Notes under the pieces: generated by a model
What the model was told of the DNA's origin: nothing
The model's database searches: none
Seen by the model: the letters and a program-made list of their open reading frames with translations, nothing else
NCBI RefSeq assembly: GCF_963853765.1
Contig: NC_088855.1
Coordinates: 41,974,001-42,038,000, forward strand
Reading direction: 5' to 3'
From: Magallana gigas
Taxonomy: Eukaryota
Length of the DNA stretch: 64,000 nt
Shown here: positions 37,791 through 51,074 of the stretch, one piece after another
Numbering within the stretch: position 1 is the first letter of the stretch
Layout of the letters: each line of letters begins with the position of its first letter
Program-made: the position numbers and the translations under genes

Positions 37791-38049
37791 ATGGCCGGAT
37801 TTCAATTCCTATCAGGACTGGTGCTTTTCTCTGTGACCGTTTCTGTTTATTCGTTTATCATTGGAGCCCCACCGGACACCTGTGGAAATCCGACCACTTT
37901 CCATACGGAACCGCTAAATGAAACTCACGTTGGACAATATTTGGCTCAGAATTCCTCCACGGCGCCCTATAAAGTGATAATTGACACGAAATTCTATGAA
38001 AATGAAACGTATAGTAAAGTTCTTGGAAAACCACACAATCGAGTCAGAG
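37791..38049 (+). CDS. Reeler-domain variable first exon V2
   Basis: MAGFQFLSGLVLFSVTVSVYS|FIIGAPPDTC...FH...QNSSTAPYKVII. Intact frame ending in phase-1 donor AGAG|GTACGT. No downstream Reeler exons of its own were found. Confidence 0.8.
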
Positions 38050-41000
38050 GTACGTATATTTGACCCAGACCATCATTTTTTTTTTTTCAAATTAAAGGTT
38101 TTTCAGTCATATAAATATTGCATAAACAATGATCTTGCGTTAGGCGTTATTCACTTCTTCACCTGAGAGTACAGTATGAATTTTGTAATTCAGTTTTGTC
38201 GGTTGTCTGTCAATGATTTTATATAAAGTTAGCAAGGTGCACATTCTTAAACTTGAATAAACACAAGTGCTTGGAAGTTTCTCCAGACCAAGTGAGGTGA
38301 CATTGATTTATAAACTGTTACAGCTGAAAGCCAATTAAAAGGTGATTTATTTTATCATTATACAAATTTGATATAAAAATAAGCATCGCAATCCAGATAT
38401 ATCTTTTTATTTAATCAAAGGGCCGGTCAAATGTGGGATCTCTAATTAACTGAGAAGGTGCTATATGTAGGAGTTTAATTCAATTTCGTGGCTAATTATT
38501 TTTTGAGTTTCTGTATTTAAAATGAATTATAACTAAAGCGTAAATGTTGAGCAAGGACCATAAAACTATCAATACAATACAATAATCTGCCCTCTTATTA
38601 TTGTAAATTCCCGATTTTGAAAAAAAAAACACCTTTTATTTGGTCATTTAGCAAAATCTTCTGCTAGTGACGTCATTGACGGGAAACAATGCATTGTCCA
38701 GACCGGTTTTTGTCAGTCGTGACGACGCGTAAAATGACAAATGTCTAGTTTGACCTATTGTGACCTGGGGTGAAGAGTCATTTTATAACTAGCCTTTTAT
38801 GACTATGACGTTTTCATGTTACATGTATAGTACTGGGCTTCCACAGTTGCATAAAACCAAATTTAATGTGTTTGTCAGTTGGACACATTTTGAATTTTTC
38901 GCCGAGTTTTCTATTTTTCTGCAATACGAACTCGAAACAAGTTAAGAATTACAGAATCCATTCAAAAGAGAAAAGATACATTGGATTTTTAAAATCTTTT
39001 CCATTAAAAAAGATGTCAAAGAAAAATATAAGCAATATATTTATATTACGCGTTTAACCAAAACGTACAAAATTACAACTTTTCATGAAAAAATTATAGA
39101 ATAGAAACTAAAAAATATGCTTTCAGGACCAGCGAAATAATAATTTTATAATTATTCACTTTTTGGATACCTTTTTTCTCTAGCAAATTCAGCAAAATAT
39201 ATTGAAAGAATTTTAAAGATTTTCTTTGTCAATTTAAAGTGAACAATCTTCCACACTGGTCATTGATAGCATTTGTTGTTGTTATTGTTGTTGTTGTTTT
39301 ATTGTCTAAAATATCAAATATATTGAATCCAAAATCGAAAGAGTTTTTAACTAACATGAGAATGTTTTTTTTTTTAAATTTGAATTAAAGATATGTACAA
39401 ACTCTTCTTTTTTTTTAAATATAGGATCTTGTGATTCAAAACACTTCTTTTGCAACATATAACTCTTTAAGCTTCTCATAGCGCAAAGTGTTCTACCAAA
39501 ACATGTTTTCTGCACTGCCTTAACATTTTAAATTAAATTAGTTTGTGTGATGGTAAAAAATCAATCAAATTAAACAATGAACGACAAATAGACTTTATTT
39601 TAATAAACGAGAGGGGAGATCAACAAATACCAAACAGTTTTAGCATACAGATATATAGTTGCAGGGCTGTAGATCTACCGAAAAAGCCGCACAGTAGACC
39701 TATACAATTTGTTTTAAAGAAAAACTTGCAACTTACGGTGAACTAAGTCGTACGCCAGTTTTGGTCTGATTAACCTAATATCATTATCTTTGATCTTTGA
39801 TTAGCGAGATTCTTCAAAAATATTCAGAAAGTGAAGCATGTTAAATTCACGTGCAGGTCCATGTTTCATTTCACCTGTAAACAAACCACACTTCTTTCCT
39901 CACCTTACGTGGCTAGTGTAGGCATTGAAAATAATTTCAATTGCTATTCAAAAGTATTACCCCTAGTAGTGAAATGTGTAACGATATTTTTTACCACATT
40001 GATACCACAATACCAAATACTACCACAAAATGTTTTTTGTACGAAAATTGGGAAGTCCAAAACGCAAACTTTTGTGCGCCCTTGAATTGTTAATATAGTT
40101 TGAACTGCACCTCTAAAGCTAAATTTTCCCGTAAAGCGTCAGAAATGCGGCTAAAAGATATGTCATGCGCCGATCGGGGGGGGGGGTCGGGTGGCTCAGA
40201 CCACCCCCCGGCAAAATTAAATATCTTGCTTGCTTGTAAATTTGTCATATGTTTACTTTTTGACAAAATTCATACACCCCCCCCCCATAAAAAAAAAATT
40301 AATATTTTTACAATCAAAATTTATTTACTGTCGCAGCATGCGTTGAGCCAAGCCTCCATAATTATATATATTCAACTGCTATACCATTTAATAAAATATT
40401 TTAATCAGTTTTGCTATTCCTGACAAATTCAGTTAAATTTGGAGTTGAACAGTTCATATTGAATCGATAAATAAATTCATGCAATCACGTTATATTTCAA
40501 TATTAATGAGATAAATTGACAAGAGACACCCAATTTTGACTGAAATGAGCACACATACTCTGTGTGAATGACAGACAAAATCTTAACAAGACCTTTACAA
40601 GATCCAATTAACATTTTTCTTTGCCACCGATGAAAACTTTGATAAGTAATTTATTGGTCAGACAGCGAGTAAGCTATAAATTTTAGCATCTTTCTGTGGT
40701 AATGAGGTGTTTTTATGAATTCCTTTTAGCATGTTAAGTCATGACATTGTCGCCTTTAGAGAAATATAGAAACCACTAGTCAAGTAATTATGATATCGAC
40801 TGGCAATTGATTCTTTGCTGAAAATATGCATCTTGTGAAATTGAAAACCGCAGCAAGCTTTCATTTTGAGCTTGTGAATAAATATGATCATTTATCATTT
40901 AGGCGTGTGTAACTGTTATGCAGAGTGAACGCTTCTTGATTTGTGCATTGATTTATATGTGTGGAACAAGAGGGCAGCTACCATTCAGGGAGCGCATATT

Positions 41001-41787
41001 TGGCGCTTTATATGAACATGTATTTCTGGCCAAGTTAAAAATAACTTCGTACAAAATACTCAGAAAAACCATAAAATGCAATAAAGTCTAGTTGAAAAGA
41101 ATAAACAATATGGGCATAAAAGCAAATTGATATAAAATATTCATCTGTATTTGTTCCTAAACAAATTTATTATCAATAAAGATACTTTTGCGTTGTTTTA
41201 AAGTAATAATAAATTCAAATTTCAAAGCAACAAAATGAGATGAAAATGCGTAAAAGCGAAATGCAATAGTGGGAAACCTTGCAAAACCCCAATATATCGT
41301 GATAATTAATATACCGCAAATATGATATTTTCTTTATTGTGGCCACAACAAATAAATAAGAGGAAAATAAAACAATACAGGTTGCTTGTAACGAGGTGTA
41401 AAATACGTCAACAAATATATATCAAGGAAACATTCCCGAAAAAAAAACTATAAAAAAGTAACAATTCCCCCTCTAACAACGTGTTAACAGGTGTTTGTGT
41501 GGGCTATTGTCAATATCGTGCAATTATACATTTGTTAAATTGATAAACAGGGATATTTATATACATGGATTAAGTGCGCTGATATTAAAGCAATAACTAC
41601 TCTCCGACAGCCGAATGTCCCAGGAATCCAACTATAGTGATAGAATCATAAATCAGGGGGTTTATGACCGCTTGTCTTCGCCATAGTATGCTAGCCATGT
41701 CATTAAAGAATGCCTAAGTAACTGTACATTGCATGTTTATATTTCGTTGACAATAAGTTGCACGAAGATTTAATATTCAAAGAAGAG

Positions 41788-43671
41788 ATGCTTTTTGGAA
41801 TCGTGCTATTTTCATTTTCACTTTTGGATATAAGTTTTGGATTTCCCGGTGGTGCTCCTCATAATTCGTGTCCGGACCCAGCCCCAATTCACCAGAGGCG
41901 TATAAACTCTACCCATGTTGGTATTTTTTTCCCTCAGAGTATGGCCACTAGTCCATACCAAATAACGACTTCAGCATCTCGTTATTTCAATGGGTCTATG
42001 ATTAGAGGTAGGCTAAATTGTTGACACTGGTACTTTTTTGTTGTTTAAGAATTGATACGTTTCATGTAAATTGATTTTATGCATGCATATTATAGTAGAG
42101 TATTTTTGTTGAGTTTTTTTCAAAGTTGAATGTAAATGTATCAGGTATTATATAGTCTTTAGAGATAGTAGTTTTGGTCTGTAGCTTTTAAATTCATTTT
42201 AACAATAGGAAACGTTGTGCTTATTAAGCATTTGTAGAATATATATTTCTTGATTCATCGTTATACTAGTATATTACAACAGCAAGTCCGACAAAAAATG
42301 TGTTTGTACATGTTTACCCCTAGGGTAAAACACTATGGGTGACATTTGTGCAACGTGCATGTGTTTCTGACAACATAACACCGTTATCCCGCCATCGATC
42401 AATGTCTCCGACGCGCCCTCGCCACTGACAGATATGTTACTAAACAAAACGTTTTTGTAATTCTAATGTCCAAGCAATGCACGCCATTCCTTGACATCGT
42501 GTTGTGGTCAGTCTAATAAATGCGTCCTTTCCAAAATAGATATGGCTGTTTGTTATGGTTACATTTGGCCACAATATTACACCGAAGAAGACACAAACTG
42601 AATATTCATTTTTTTCCAAAAAAATATTTAAAATCATTTTTATTCACTTGATTCATAAGAAAAAACCAAATATATTATCTATACGGTTCCTCTTCTCTTA
42701 AACTAGTAATATACATTTGGGTAGCTTTTGAGAAGTTTTATTTTTGTAAAGTGGAAATATCATACCATGTACGGAAACAATCAGGACAATCCGATTTCAT
42801 CCCAAAGATGGTTGTATACTAGTATGTTTGAAAAGAAATCGTGTTTCCATTCTAACTACTAGTACTACATCCCTTTTTCCACGGGTTAACGGTATTGTGA
42901 AATGTTACAAACGTCTTAGACAAAATACATTCTTTTGTTGTAGGGTTTTGTATTCAACAATTTCTCTTTTCTTTTCAGTGACATTAAGGGCAGACCCCGG
43001 CGATTATTTCCGCGGTTTCTTCATCCAGGCTACACGAGCAAACTATGCCTTGGACCGTGGAGACAGACCCGCCTATGGAACTTTCCGTCCGGCCGATACC
43101 AACTCACAGCCTCGTAGATGTCGCTCTGCAGTAGGCAAAGTAGGAGGCATAACTCACACCGGAAATAACAACAAAACAGAGATCTCGTTCGACTGGGAAC
43201 CACCAAGGGGATGCAATCTGGGTGACATTCAGTTTGTGTAAGTAATAAAAAAAGACGTTATACAGTGGATATATCAAAATTAAATGAGCTCAGCAAGAAA
43301 TTAATAATTTTGTGTTGTTGGATTTTTAGTGCTACCGTCGTGAGAGCTTACAGTGAATACTGGGTTGACGTTAGATCTGACGTCATCGCACCATCCGGCT
43401 TTGTCGGTAAATATTTTTTTGCTTTAGGAACAGAATTTGAAACTATGTCTTCAACTGAATACATGTTAATATATTGGAAATAATTTTATTACGATTTAAC
43501 CTTTAAAATCCATTTTTAACAGGTGACCGAGGACTACTATGCCAACTTTACGTTAATCCATACAGCAAAATTTTGCAAAGGCGTGTGCTTAGTGCTCTAA
43601 GAAACATTCAAACCATGCAGCAGAGTCGACGTACCGGGGGGACCGCCGGCACACTCTCTACCCAGGGCTGA
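41788..43671 (+). CDS. Reeler-domain secreted protein (defense-protein-like): first exon V3 41788-42007 plus constant exons 42979-43237, 43330-43406, 43523-43671; 234 aa
   Basis: Signal peptide, then FPGGAPHNSC...IH...PYQI|VTL...YFRGFFIQA...GTF...C...GGITH...KTEISFDWEPP...IQFV|VATVVRAYSEYW, all Reeler hallmarks. Phases 1,2,1 give a 705-nt open frame. Confidence 0.9.
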
Positions 43672-45161
43672 ATTGAAAATTCTCCGTCACCAACTGTTAA
43701 CCAAATGAATCGACGCTAAAAACTGACGTTGTAGCATCTCATTTATGCTTTTTTTTTTAAAGAAAGATTTCTGATGAATTTTTATGGGGCGTTTAACTCG
43801 ATTCGTTTGCTGTATTGCACATATAATAAGTGGGGTAATAAATATTCAGAAAGTATTTCAGTTCCTATCATTTCTCATTTCGGTTTTTTTTATATGGAGA
43901 AGTGAATCTACCTCTTGAAATATTTCCACAGTAACCTTATGTGTGTGATGTTTATTTCCCACGGTGTTTGCTCATTATGAGCGGATTCAGCTAGAGTTTT
44001 GTAGCTCTTTTTTCTTCTTACCAACAACTTTGTAATATACGCTTTATTTTTTCCTTTTCCCAACTTTCTTTTCTTTCCATGTGATTTGGTTTTGTATCGT
44101 GTGCGTGTGTAAATATTTTCAAATAAAAACATGTCGTAGAATTATGCGTTATTTATATCCGTTAATTCAAAACCACTAAACAATAATATTATATGTAACA
44201 CTAAGATTCAATCTGAATCATGGGCTATATTGCAATATTAAAAACAATATGCCAACAGTTTAGCATCGTTTTAAAATGTAAAATATTTCTATATATTTTT
44301 TTATTAAGATGGGAGTATATCAGCATACGTAATAAAATTAATTCTTTCAAAGATCAGTTTTACAAATTCCTGCTAAAATTTGTTGCAGCAGAAACGAATA
44401 CGGGTGATCTATTTAGTCCAGAGAGATTTCAATTGATAGAAGGTTATAATACGCACAAGAATGTTTATAAGTATATTTTATATATCAATGAACATAATAG
44501 ATGTAGGTAATAATACAGTAAACATTCTATTCTTCATTCGTAAAACCGAATCAAAGAAAAAGATAGGCGAACTAATACTTAGAAGTAAGTTAAAAAATAA
44601 TTAAATTGACTTTGAATAAAGTTTAACCGCAAAGGTGAGTTAAAAATACGCCAAAAAAATATTAATAAAACCTACTCCTTAGATTAGTGACCGTATGCAT
44701 AACAGATGTAATTTTTTCAAGGATATAAGATAAATTTAGAACTTTTAAATAATAAAGTTCTTAAGAGCGAATGAATATAATGATTCAATTAGGATTATTC
44801 ATCAATATGATATCCTCCATCAGTTATGTCCAGAATTCCAACACTGACAGTAATGACGACATCTACATTGTTCACACGGTTATGTACAGACATACGTGTA
44901 CAGAAATTCAATCCGCTCAATATCAATCACTAGATGGTAAATGTATATAGCAATGTGAATGAAGAGAAAGCTGCCCGAAACTGCTTGGTATCAAAATCTT
45001 CTACTTTATACAAAGCATTACTTATAATAATTTGAAAATTCAAAAGTATCTACAAAAACACACACTAAGAAATTTGTTCAGAAATTACCATACAGTATCT
45101 AAATACATTTATCTATACTTATAAAAAATCAATAACCTATGATATTATGTCATGAGAAATT

Positions 45162-48100
45162 CTACGCCGGTTCATATCTCCAAAAAGACCAGAAAAAGTA
45201 CAAGAATGTCCCGATCAAAAGAATAACAACCAGTCCGATGTTCAGACAGAGGGCGGCCATCTTGTTCTGCTTGAGTTCCGCCACTTTGGCCATGTGTTCT
45301 TTCAGTTTCTCGTCCTCGTTTTCATCGTGCTTTCCAGCTCCACATAGATATTTCAAAAGTATTGCTTTACATGAACTCTCGTCTAAAAAATAATAATCAA
45401 AATTATTGCTAAAAATCAGATTGCGTATCCTCATGCTAGATCATTAACAATCAACCATTATTTTCACCTTCATCCTCCTTCTGATTCCTATCCAGGTTCG
45501 GATCTCTGAATTTCTTCAGGCCCGACTGCTCTACGGTATGATTATAAGATGTACCAGGCATCTTATTTGTTCCATTTTCGACTGAGGATTCATCCAGATC
45601 TGACGTAGACATTGCTATGTTGTCAAAACCGTCTACATCGCGGATCTCCTTTCCTGTTTTCTGTTCTGCATATCTCGTCCAATACGTCGTCCGGAATAGC
45701 TAGAATAAAAAATCTACATTTCATGTTTGTTAATATCAAATTATATATAGATAAATGACTATTTCGGGACGTCGTCCTACGTACTAGGCGTTCCTACCGT
45801 CTTAATTCAAGCTTTATAACAAACTATTTTTCCAATTGGTTGCATGGTCAAAAGAGATATTATGTAAAAATACCTGTTCCTCTGTAGGTCTGCCTGTAAA
45901 GTAACTGATAACAATTGCAGACACAGCCGTCATGAGAGTGATAAGTAAGGCGAAGTACATGTAATGGAAGTTCTTCAGTATAGCGGGCCGGGTGTCTGGG
46001 GTGAGACAGTCGCCGCTACTGTCGTTATAAATATACACAAGAATCATCCGGGTTACTCCTGTCAGTAAGCCAATCATCAACGACCAGAAGGCACCCTATT
46101 GTAAATATACCAGATTTTATATACGGCCAATACAACGATCCCCACTAGTGGGTCAAGGTAGGTCAAGGTAACTATATGTACCATGTGTATACATGTACAA
46201 CTCTACACGTAATTCTACGCAGAGTACCTTCTCGTTGACCATAGGTACCAAAACGGCCAATAAGAAAACAGCAGCGAACGGAGGGGCGAGGTAGTTGGTT
46301 ATCTCCTGTATATATATAAACACCTGTCCACCCTGTGTCTCCTTGAGTATGGGGACCCAGGCAATGGAGATCCCAATCATCACCACGATAAAGATCCTGT
46401 AAAATCAGGACAGAAATGTTAGTTACCGTGGAAATCTGTACCATCATACATGTATATAATCAATTTGTTTTTGTATCATTCCGCAACATTAACGTTTTGA
46501 TGGATGATAGAAAAACTCATTCACCTTCCGACTATCATAAGTTCCTGCACGCCAGCGTTTTTTCGGGCTCTCTTGTAAATGTCGATAGTGAAGAGAGTAG
46601 AGGCGCTGTTAAAGATGGAGTCAAGGTCACTCATCAATGCAGCAATCATCACAGCCATCATCAGGCCACGCAAACCTACAAAAAGAAAAGAAAAACTATT
46701 TTCGTTGGCTGAACGGATGTGTAACAGAAATATAAGAAGTCAGACAATTCATGTTGAACCTTCTGGCATGATCCCGAGGACCAGTCTGGGATAAGCAATG
46801 TTGGTACATCCGGCGTAGGATTGGCAAATTTCGTAACAAATGTCTTTGTCAACACAAGCTACTTCATCTTGAAAAAATCCAAGAACATGTAAAGTAAGGC
46901 CAAATTGTTTTCATTTGGTCTTGTTTTCTAAAAAATTATTTGGAAACATGAAACCTATGAAAAATATAATTTGGCAATATCATTTCACAAGACTGTTTGT
47001 ATATGGGTTTTCTTTGATATTATTCATACCGGGGTATTTGATTCTGCTGATCATTCCGGGCATGACCATCATAAACAGAGGGAGGATTTTGATGAATCCG
47101 GCCATGACTGTCGCTCCTTTTGCGTGAGAGATGCTCTTGGCTGCAAGCAACCTCTGAACAATTACCTATGTACAAAGTAAAGATGACAAGTAGACACGGT
47201 TTAAAACGATAAAGTATTTTAAAAGCGCCATCTATGAACTCATTCTGCTCATTCAGCAACAACGTAATCTTCATGACTTAAAATTCACCAGATATAGTTG
47301 CATTGGTGAAATACATCTGAACAAAACATCTGAACAAGCAGTGTTTCTATCACAGGTAAATATTGGGAGTTCTTCTTTCCAGTTTATTTTGATGAGGCGA
47401 AATCAGGTTCTTACCAATCTAGCGACTATTACCTGATCAGCGCACCAATACCAGATGGAACCTGGAGTTTGACCCAGCAAGAATCCCGCCCAAGGCATAT
47501 AGTCATCGTCTGCTTCCCTCAACATCCGGAAGGCATTTTTGTCCGGTAGGTGGCAGGTTGTGTTAGGGATTCTATAGGTTTCATTAGTCATGGCCGTCTG
47601 GTACCCCCTCACCAAACCATCGTACCCACCTACGTCCTTAAAAGCTGTTAACGACAAAAAACATCTTCTGTTTCCTTAACAAGATACTGAATTTGGTGAA
47701 TCTGTCTTCCAACGCAATTCTCGGAAAACCAAGATGAACTGGCATACGTTTACTCAAGACAGGCAATGGGTTTCCGACAATTATCATTAGTCTCACCGTC
47801 TCTTCAATGAAGTAATTGGTATTTTATGTAATACCGTTTGACTTTTTTTTTATTTCTTTACCTAATCCCATTAGAGTAAGACCTCCCCCGACCATCAGGA
47901 AGGCTTGTATGGTGTCCGTGTAGATGACGGCTGTCAGTCCGCCTATGGTCAGAGAGGAGAATACACTATCACTTCCCACATACACTGATATCATACCTTT
48001 ATAAAACTTTAAAAAAAATTAACTAATTGATCTGATAATAGTTACTTTTACTTCAATATATACTGTGAATAATTGTATTTTGTTTTACAATTCCTCTCTA

Positions 48101-49817
48101 ATTAACTATGATTTAACTATGATCTTATATATTTGACATTTCGTAGGGTATGTTTAATTCTTATTGGATATATTACCTGGAAATTTCTTCAATCAATTGT
48201 TATATCAAAGGTTATTAACTTTTCATTTTAATACAACATGACTATACAGAGAGACATATACGAGTACCTGTGATAGTCATCAGCCCTGTGATTGACACTA
48301 GGATGACTATACTGAGGTACAGGTCCCACTTCAAGCTCTGCTGGATGAACAGCGCTCCCGTGAACAGGTCACCCTGTAACAAACAATATCCGCTTAGAAT
48401 AAACTTTATCAAACTAGTGTTTGTTCATGGTTTTTTGCCTCTTTATTCTCAAATTACGATTAAGTCCAAATAAAGCTAACGCTGATTCCGTTACATCCAT
48501 TTTAACACAGAAATTTGATAGTTATTAACATTCATCTTCACAGTTTTGGCCTTTGTTTTTTCAAGTGAGAGTTATTCTCTTATCAAGGCGACAGTGTACC
48601 TTAAGCTTTTGTGTATTATTCTGACCCTATAACAAAGTAAAACTTTACCGAACATTTGGTGAAGATGTAGAGAACCAGGGACAGGACGGCAAAGTAGACC
48701 CGGAGGCGTGTCCCCCCGAACCTCTTAGACAGGTACTGGGGCATCGTGTAGGTCTGTGGTAGGTAAGTCATCAAGAATATATAAATCAATGATAAATTGA
48801 TACATGTGTACGTATCATGGTTATCAAGAAACAAGAGAACGTACCCCACATGCGATATAGACTGGTATGAAAATCCATCCCAGTAACTGAAGCAGCAGAA
48901 TTGCCTGCAATGGAAAATGTTCGAAGTTGGAAGATTTTTTTCCGTTTTTTATTGCAGACTTTATAAAATACAAATCAGCGAAGAATGCGGAACATAGTCT
49001 AATATAGGCTTTTTTTTTAAAATTGGAAATAATAAAATTAACAATATTTTTTGCCAAGTATGTATTTAATATTTAAAACAAATGTTTATTTTTCGACATG
49101 TTTAGAATTTCATTAATTGACACGAATTTTGAACCTTCATAATGGGAAATAAAGTATCGTGAATTAACAGGAACCTACATTGAATTCCCAAGCACCAACA
49201 CTTATTCCGCTCCCCGCCCCTGATCCGGCTAGACCAATGAAATGTTCCGTACCAATGTTACTCACGAACAACGAGGCTCCGACCTGAAACACACGGGGCA
49301 TAGAATCGTTATAGTTTGATTTATAATAATAAATCACATTGATGTGCTTTAAACGAAGTACATTTTGGAATACGAGTACTCACGGGTAACCAAAGCATAG
49401 ATCTTCCCGCTAAAAAATATCCGCCTACCGTCTGTCGGTTAGCCCTGTACATTGCCTGTAAAAACGTATACGAACTGCATTAGTATTCAAAGTAAACTTG
49501 ATTCATTGTTCTAATGGTTTCTAATTTATTGTGATTTTTTAAAGTGTATGTATCTATAATAATTATGTTTATCATAATAATATCTAGCGATGTTCAAAAT
49601 ACCGCCCAACATTAAGCTGTTGGAATCTTGAAGGTGCTCGAATTGAAACACTCGTTAAACAACACATTGACATTCGGTCACTTACAAACACACCGACAAT
49701 GATGATGACGATGAAGTAAGCCACCACCACCCCGATGTCGCCACTACTGAGGCCAGTGTCGCTGTGGAGCCTGTAGTTGGCCATGAAGTTGTGGTATGCC
49801 TCACTTTTCTCACCCAT
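45162..49817 (-). CDS. SLC5A3: Sodium/myo-inositol cotransporter-like (SLC5 sodium:solute symporter), 703 aa. Exons 49817-49686, 49455-49384, 49283-49179, 48904-48845, 48753-48649, 48373-48268, 47942-47862, 47644-47433, 47165-47030, 46867-46760, 46675-46525, 46396-46228, 46095-45874, 45699-45468, 45382-45162
   Basis: Fifteen GT-AG exons in consistent phase (2112 nt). SSF motifs: [86 protein letters not shown]. The segment [28 protein letters not shown] is SMIT1-like within SLC5A. The subfamily call is less certain than the family call. Confidence 0.9.
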
Positions 49818-50590
49818 GGTTGTCTTTTCCTGAATGAAAAAAAAAAATTCAAAATCAGTTAAGTCAGTCGGCAGCTAGAAACGGTATTTACATCCACGAG
49901 TTTATGACTACTTTATAATTTACCTTTTATGATTGATTGATTGATGAGATTATTGGTTGATAATAGACCATTGCCATCTAATTAATCTAAAAATTAAACC
50001 TCTTGTAGATAAATAAATACAATTGCACTGGACACTACTTGTAGTCATAGTGACCTTGATATCAACCTGAAAAGTTGTTCCACAGACTGGTAAAAATTTC
50101 AAACAAAATTCACAAATGTAGTTCTTTGTTAGCTATTGATACAAGAATATTGAAAAATGTCTCTTAAAAAGTTTAATAAAAGAGAGCGTATAATAACCAT
50201 GTAAAACTTCTTTGCAAAATTACGTAATAGTCATTTCATTACATTTCGTCTTTTTGTAAACTGTCAAGTGTCTGCTGATATATTTTGAAAAATGATCATA
50301 ACCAATATTTGATGCTATTAAAAGATATATTTCTGTTATCGTTGACAGATTAAAATGTACATCTATTTCAACTTTAATTAAAAAAAATATATATCGAAAA
50401 ATATCAGATTCTGTTTTGGAAAAAAAGATTGAGTTAAAAGGTTCCATGTGCAATAGCTACAAGTCTTTCAACGAAAGGATGTACATGCACGTAATGGGGA
50501 ATTGGCTTGATAGCTAATATCAGAAATGGAACGGAATCAGAAATTTTATGCAACTATTTTAGAGGTATTTACTTTTGTATATATCAATAG

Positions 50591-51074
50591 AGGGGCATGG
50601 TCACGATTTTGGTCAAAAATTATTTTTCCGATTTTTTAAAATATTTACAATGCTTTTTTGATAGGCAACCGAAATTTGAGTGTCATTTGTTGAGTTATAA
50701 GCGAGTTACAGAGTTTGAAATTCTTGTGTTTGTTTACATGTCTACATTTTTGAACGTTGAAGTAAAAATTTCAGTTTTAAACCTAAAACGAGTGTGTTAA
50801 ACGTTAGGAACTGTTTATCTATGATTAAAATAAATAAAAAGATAGACAAATAAGCTGAAAAAAAATATTTTTACTGGTATATTGAACCTATGTAAACAAA
50901 AACGTGGCACGAGTCTTGTTTACATGACCAAGAATTGTAAGCCCTGTATGTTGCTTATAACTCTACGAATGACTCTCGGATGTCATATGATCATTAGAAA
51001 TGCATTCCTAAAGCATTGTAAATAATAAAAACATAAAAAAAGAATTTGACCAAAATCGTAACCATGTCCCTTAA
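50591..51074. mobile_element. Kolobok-type MITE, about 480 bp
   Basis: Inverted termini AGGGGCATGGTCACGATTTTGGTCAAA and TTTGACCAAAATCGTAACCATGTCCC|TTAA. The left target site is degenerate. Related single ends occur at about 4140 and 34439. Confidence 0.7.
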
